DNA from: Guillardia theta CCMP2712 | Lineage: Eukaryota > Protista > Cryptophyta | DNA: 64,000 bases | Direction of reading: 5' to 3' | NCBI RefSeq assembly: GCF_000315625.1 | Contig: NW_005434487.1 | Location: 1 to 64,000, forward strand | Shown: positions 60,435-64,000 of the stretch, piece by piece | Layout: each line of letters opens with the position of its first letter | Numbering within the stretch: the stretch's first letter is position 1 | Program-made: the position numbers and the translations under genes | The notes under the pieces: generated by a model | What the model was told of the DNA's origin: nothing | Databases searched by the model: none | Seen by the model: only the letters and a program-made list of their open reading frames with translations

Positions 60435-63400
60435 TCACTCAGCGTGCTCGACGTGCGGCGGGTGGGCACCGACTTCGACTTGATTCGCGCGCTTCTGCTG
60501 GATCCTCTTGATCTTCTCGACGACGCGCTCAGAGTAGCCAACCTCCTGCATGTCGGTCAGCAGGCAGCAGGGCACAAGAAAGCCTAACCATGACATAACG
60601 CTTGACCTCCTCCGACGTCATCGCAAACGTTGAATCCCGCGGGGTGTCGATGTCCTTGAGCGTCGGATACGTCGGGATCTGAATCTTGTTCCTCTTGCTC
60701 TGGACGTCGAACTTGGGGCCTGTGATGAAGTTGATCTGTTTTGACGTCAGACAGCAGCAGCAGGAGGACGACGACGAGGAGGAGGAGGAGGAGGAAGAGG
60801 AGGAGGACGAGGACGAGGAGGAGGAGGAAGAGGAGGAGTAGGAGTAGGAGTAGGAGTAGGAGTAGGAGTAGGAGTAGGAGTAGGAGTAGAAGGAGGAGGA
60901 GGAGGATGAGCAGGAGGATCTGCGCCACCTCCTTGTCCATCTTCGACTCCACCCGCCCGATTGAGCGTCTTGGAGATCGTCGGAGGCCCTCGACGTTGAT
61001 CTCTGCCGTCTCAGTCACGCTGATTCCTCCGATCAAGTCAAGTCACGAAAGAACCTTGTGAGCCTCGACGGCCCGTGGGATGGTGGGGGGACCGGAGCAT
61101 GGCCTTGACTCCGGCCTTCCAGGCCCCCCGGAGCTTCTGCGAGCTCTTGTCGACCCGCGGGGATGGCGCGATGAGAGACTGCGGGATGAACTTCAACCTC
61201 TGAGCGATGGTGAGCAGCCGCAGCGATTGCATTTCAACCTGTACAGCTGTGAGAAAGGAGGGAAGGGGAGGAAGGAGGAGGAAGGAGGAGGAAGGAGAAG
61301 GGAGGAGAAGGGAGGAGGAAGAGGAGGAGGATGGGAGAAGAGGGAAGAGGAGGAGGATGGGAGAAGAGGGAAGAGGAGGAGGGGAGAGGGGCATCGTAAC
61401 ATTTTGGAGGTCATTGATGAGGTTGAGCCCTTGCTGAGCCTCGTCGAGGTCGAAGAGTTCTTCATAGATGGTCTTTCTTCTCGGGTCATACTTGGGAGTG
61501 TTCTGTAGGTATTTCAAAGCCCGTCTTCTCACACTCTCCGTCTGCCTACCGTTGAAGTCACTGTATGAATCCTCTCAGAGCCCGATTTCTCTTTCATCCT
61601 TGAGATTCTCCACAAGTTTGACCTCACCAGGTCCCATCTGCATCAGATGAAAGTGTTTGAATGTGACGTGCGCACTAGTCACGCTCACTCACCTCTTTCT
61701 TGCCTCTTTGAACCTTTCAAGAGGAGGACAACGTGACATCCGTGACTTGACCCGTAGAAGTATCATCGACAGTTTGCGGATGGTCTCTGCTTGTCCTTGG
61801 ATTTTCTTCTCGTACTCATCGGATCTAGTCTCTGTGCTGGAGATTTCTCTGCTTAGCGGATGAGACTTGTGACGTCGCAATTCTCCCTCCTCCTGCATTG
61901 TCTGAGCGTCGTGTATCAACGTCGCTGTTTCTTCTCGGATGGTATCAGCATCGTTCTTCAAGGCTTCTAGATACTTCCTAGATGGAAGTCAGCTTGATGA
62001 TCAAGGCAATGATTCAGAGACCTGCTCCGAGATATCTGCTCCTCTTTGGCAAGAAACTTGCTGAGCAGTTCTTGGATATCCCAAACGCTCGAGCTGCAGC
62101 AGGGCATGTCAGCGGGGTCGCCTGGATTTCAAACTTCACCTATGCATCAGCTTGTCGAACGCTTCCACGAACTCTTGTTTCCTTTTCTGCATCATTTCCC
62201 GCACCTGACGTGAAACGCTGGATGATCAAAAAAGTTCGTCTCCTCCATCTCTTGCAAACCTCTTCGGCATCGTCGTTCATGTTGCTAGCCCGAGCCTGTG
62301 CCTCCAACAATTCTCTTTGATATGTTTCTTGCCTCTCCTGATCGCATGTTGGTTCACAATTCAGCACAGCAACATTCAAACTTAAGACCGTGATCAGCTG
62401 ATTGTAATACTCCATCCTGTTTGCAAGGTCCTGCATCTTTGCCCGATGTTCTTCAGCTTCGAGACCAGCTTCTGCGATCCTTTCGCTGGCTAAGAGCTGA
62501 TAGTGACTTCTTTCTTTGTAAAACTTGTTTGCGATATTGATGAGTTTGACTGCTTCCTTGTTTCTGCCCTCAATCGTCTTTTGCCTATAATCGTTTAGAT
62601 CCGTGAGACAATCATCGCAAGCAGGAATACCTTGAAGTAATTTTCAAGTCAAGATATTCTTTCTCGCGCTTTAGCTCCTCCATGTCCAGTTTAAGTTTCG
62701 AAACCTCGGAATTTTCCTCGTCTTGCAAACGTCAGTCGCCTCCAACACATTCTGATAAATGGTACAGCATACCACATTTCGTTAAAGTAAAGTGCAGATT
62801 CTCCTCTAATCGGTTGGAAATCTTGACGAAACGAAGTCCTGACGTCGCTTCTTTTGACTTGAGAACAGAACATGTCAGAGACATTGAGAAGGAGCTGCAC
62901 GCTTCACCTGTCCTTGCCTTGCCGCGACCTGATGCGTCAGAGAGCGAAACTGCTTCTTGATCGCGTTGAGAGTTTGCAGGTCCTTCTCGATCTCTTCTTC
63001 GACCGCAAACTTGAGGTTCATCCAGTACTCGCGCGCGTCTGCCTCAGACTTGGTGTTGGTCTTGTCATCCTGCCACACATGAGACAAGAAGCGACCTGGC
63101 TACCAAGCACCTGATTCTTCAAGAGCTCCTGCTGTTGTGCCCTCAGCAAGGAGTTCTCGGATCGAAGCTTTGCTATCAGCTCTCGCTGTCGCTGGATCTC
63201 TCTCTGAGATTGCTGGAGCAGCTTCTTGTTTTCGCGGTTCTACAAACATCGTCAGCTTGTCGACATACGTGTCACTTTCTACTCTGATCGCTGAAATCCT
63301 CAGGTCCCGCTTGCCGTCGTTCTGCACCCAATTCCATGGCACCGCAATTTCAACCCCCGACCGAGCATCTTGAAACCTAGTCAGAAGACAGGAACGACAG

Positions 63401-63717
63401 CGAGACAAGCACCGTTCTTGTCCTCATCTGCATCCGACTGCGGCTTGACGCTTCGCTTCACTGCATGGATCGGCTGCAGTCTGGTGCTCACAGGGTCTTG
63501 AAAGAGCATAAGTCTGCATGACTTCACATGGCATGTACCACCTGGAGTCTGCGAACCGATGGGAGACAGCTTACTTACTCTTCTCCGCATGGCTGGCAGA
63601 GCGCTCTCTAGGGAAAACCGGCTCTGAGCCTGAGCAGAGGTCTTGCCCTCCATCCGAACGCTTCGTCTTCAGCGGTTCTATCCTGCTAGGACTCATCGCC
63701 ATAATTTCGTGAGCCAT
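60435..63717 (-). CDS. Hypothetical coiled-coil protein, many short exons
   Basis: Spliced frames such as EYWMNLKFAVEEEIEKDLQTL, MQDLANRMEYYNQL, RWDLVRSNLWRI, INFITGPKFDVQ...RYVMEVGYSERVVEKIKRIQQKR...HAE*; start uncertain. Confidence 0.65.
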
Positions 63718-64000
63718 CGCGCTCGGGTGTATGTCAGCAAGTCATGGCGTCCAAGAGAGCGCGTCGTCTCCTCTGTTTTCTCAGACATCACGGGATGACT
63801 TGCAACTCTTGCTTCGACCTGCTCCCCAAGATGAGCACCATCGGTCTGCCTCCAGGAAAGCTCCTCAGCTCTTACAGCCTTCTTTCATACTAGGTCCTAT
63901 GCTCTCCTCTCTTACTGGCGACAGGCAATCTAGTCACCTCAATTCTCACTTTCGGTCATCGTACAGTCACTTGCTCTCAGCCTCACTATTTGTTTTCTGC

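Noticed and set aside
61508-61640. In-frame TGA suggesting selenocysteine or readthrough
   Set aside because: A different frame plus a short GT-AG intron gives an uninterrupted protein (RWDLVRSNLW...TST|NTPKY)

Overview
Eukaryotic nuclear DNA, gene-dense and intron-rich. Introns are either about 43-55 nt GT-AG or swollen by microsatellites such as (CCTCT)n and (CCT)n. This style, plus a signal-peptide + Phe plastid leader, suggests a cryptophyte-like alga (e.g. Guillardia); that is an inference. Gene models below were spliced by hand. In order: the 3' end of an unknown gene; a probable thylakoid membrane protein; a full-size PDR/ABCG transporter; a cyclin T/K-type cyclin that appears to splice onto a bacterial-ligase-type SWIM finger; a 14-kb Sfi1-like centrin-binding repeat gene; a CDK-like pseudokinase; a secreted Cys-rich PAN/Sushi/GCC2-GCC3/CUB protein; a 2xMATH + 2x degenerate FYVE protein; an Hsp70-NBD/coiled-coil chimera; a hidden 6-exon 74-aa microprotein; a ~2,750-aa IP3-receptor-like channel with degenerate ligand, Ca2+ and Zn sites; and two hypothetical genes. 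All five head-to-head intergenic regions carry a recurring modular non-coding cassette: ACCCC motif arrays, an AT-rich block and/or GC-rich palindrome blocks with TGA(C/G)TCA clusters. There are three assembly gaps. No rRNA, tRNA, CRISPR array or transposase was recognised.
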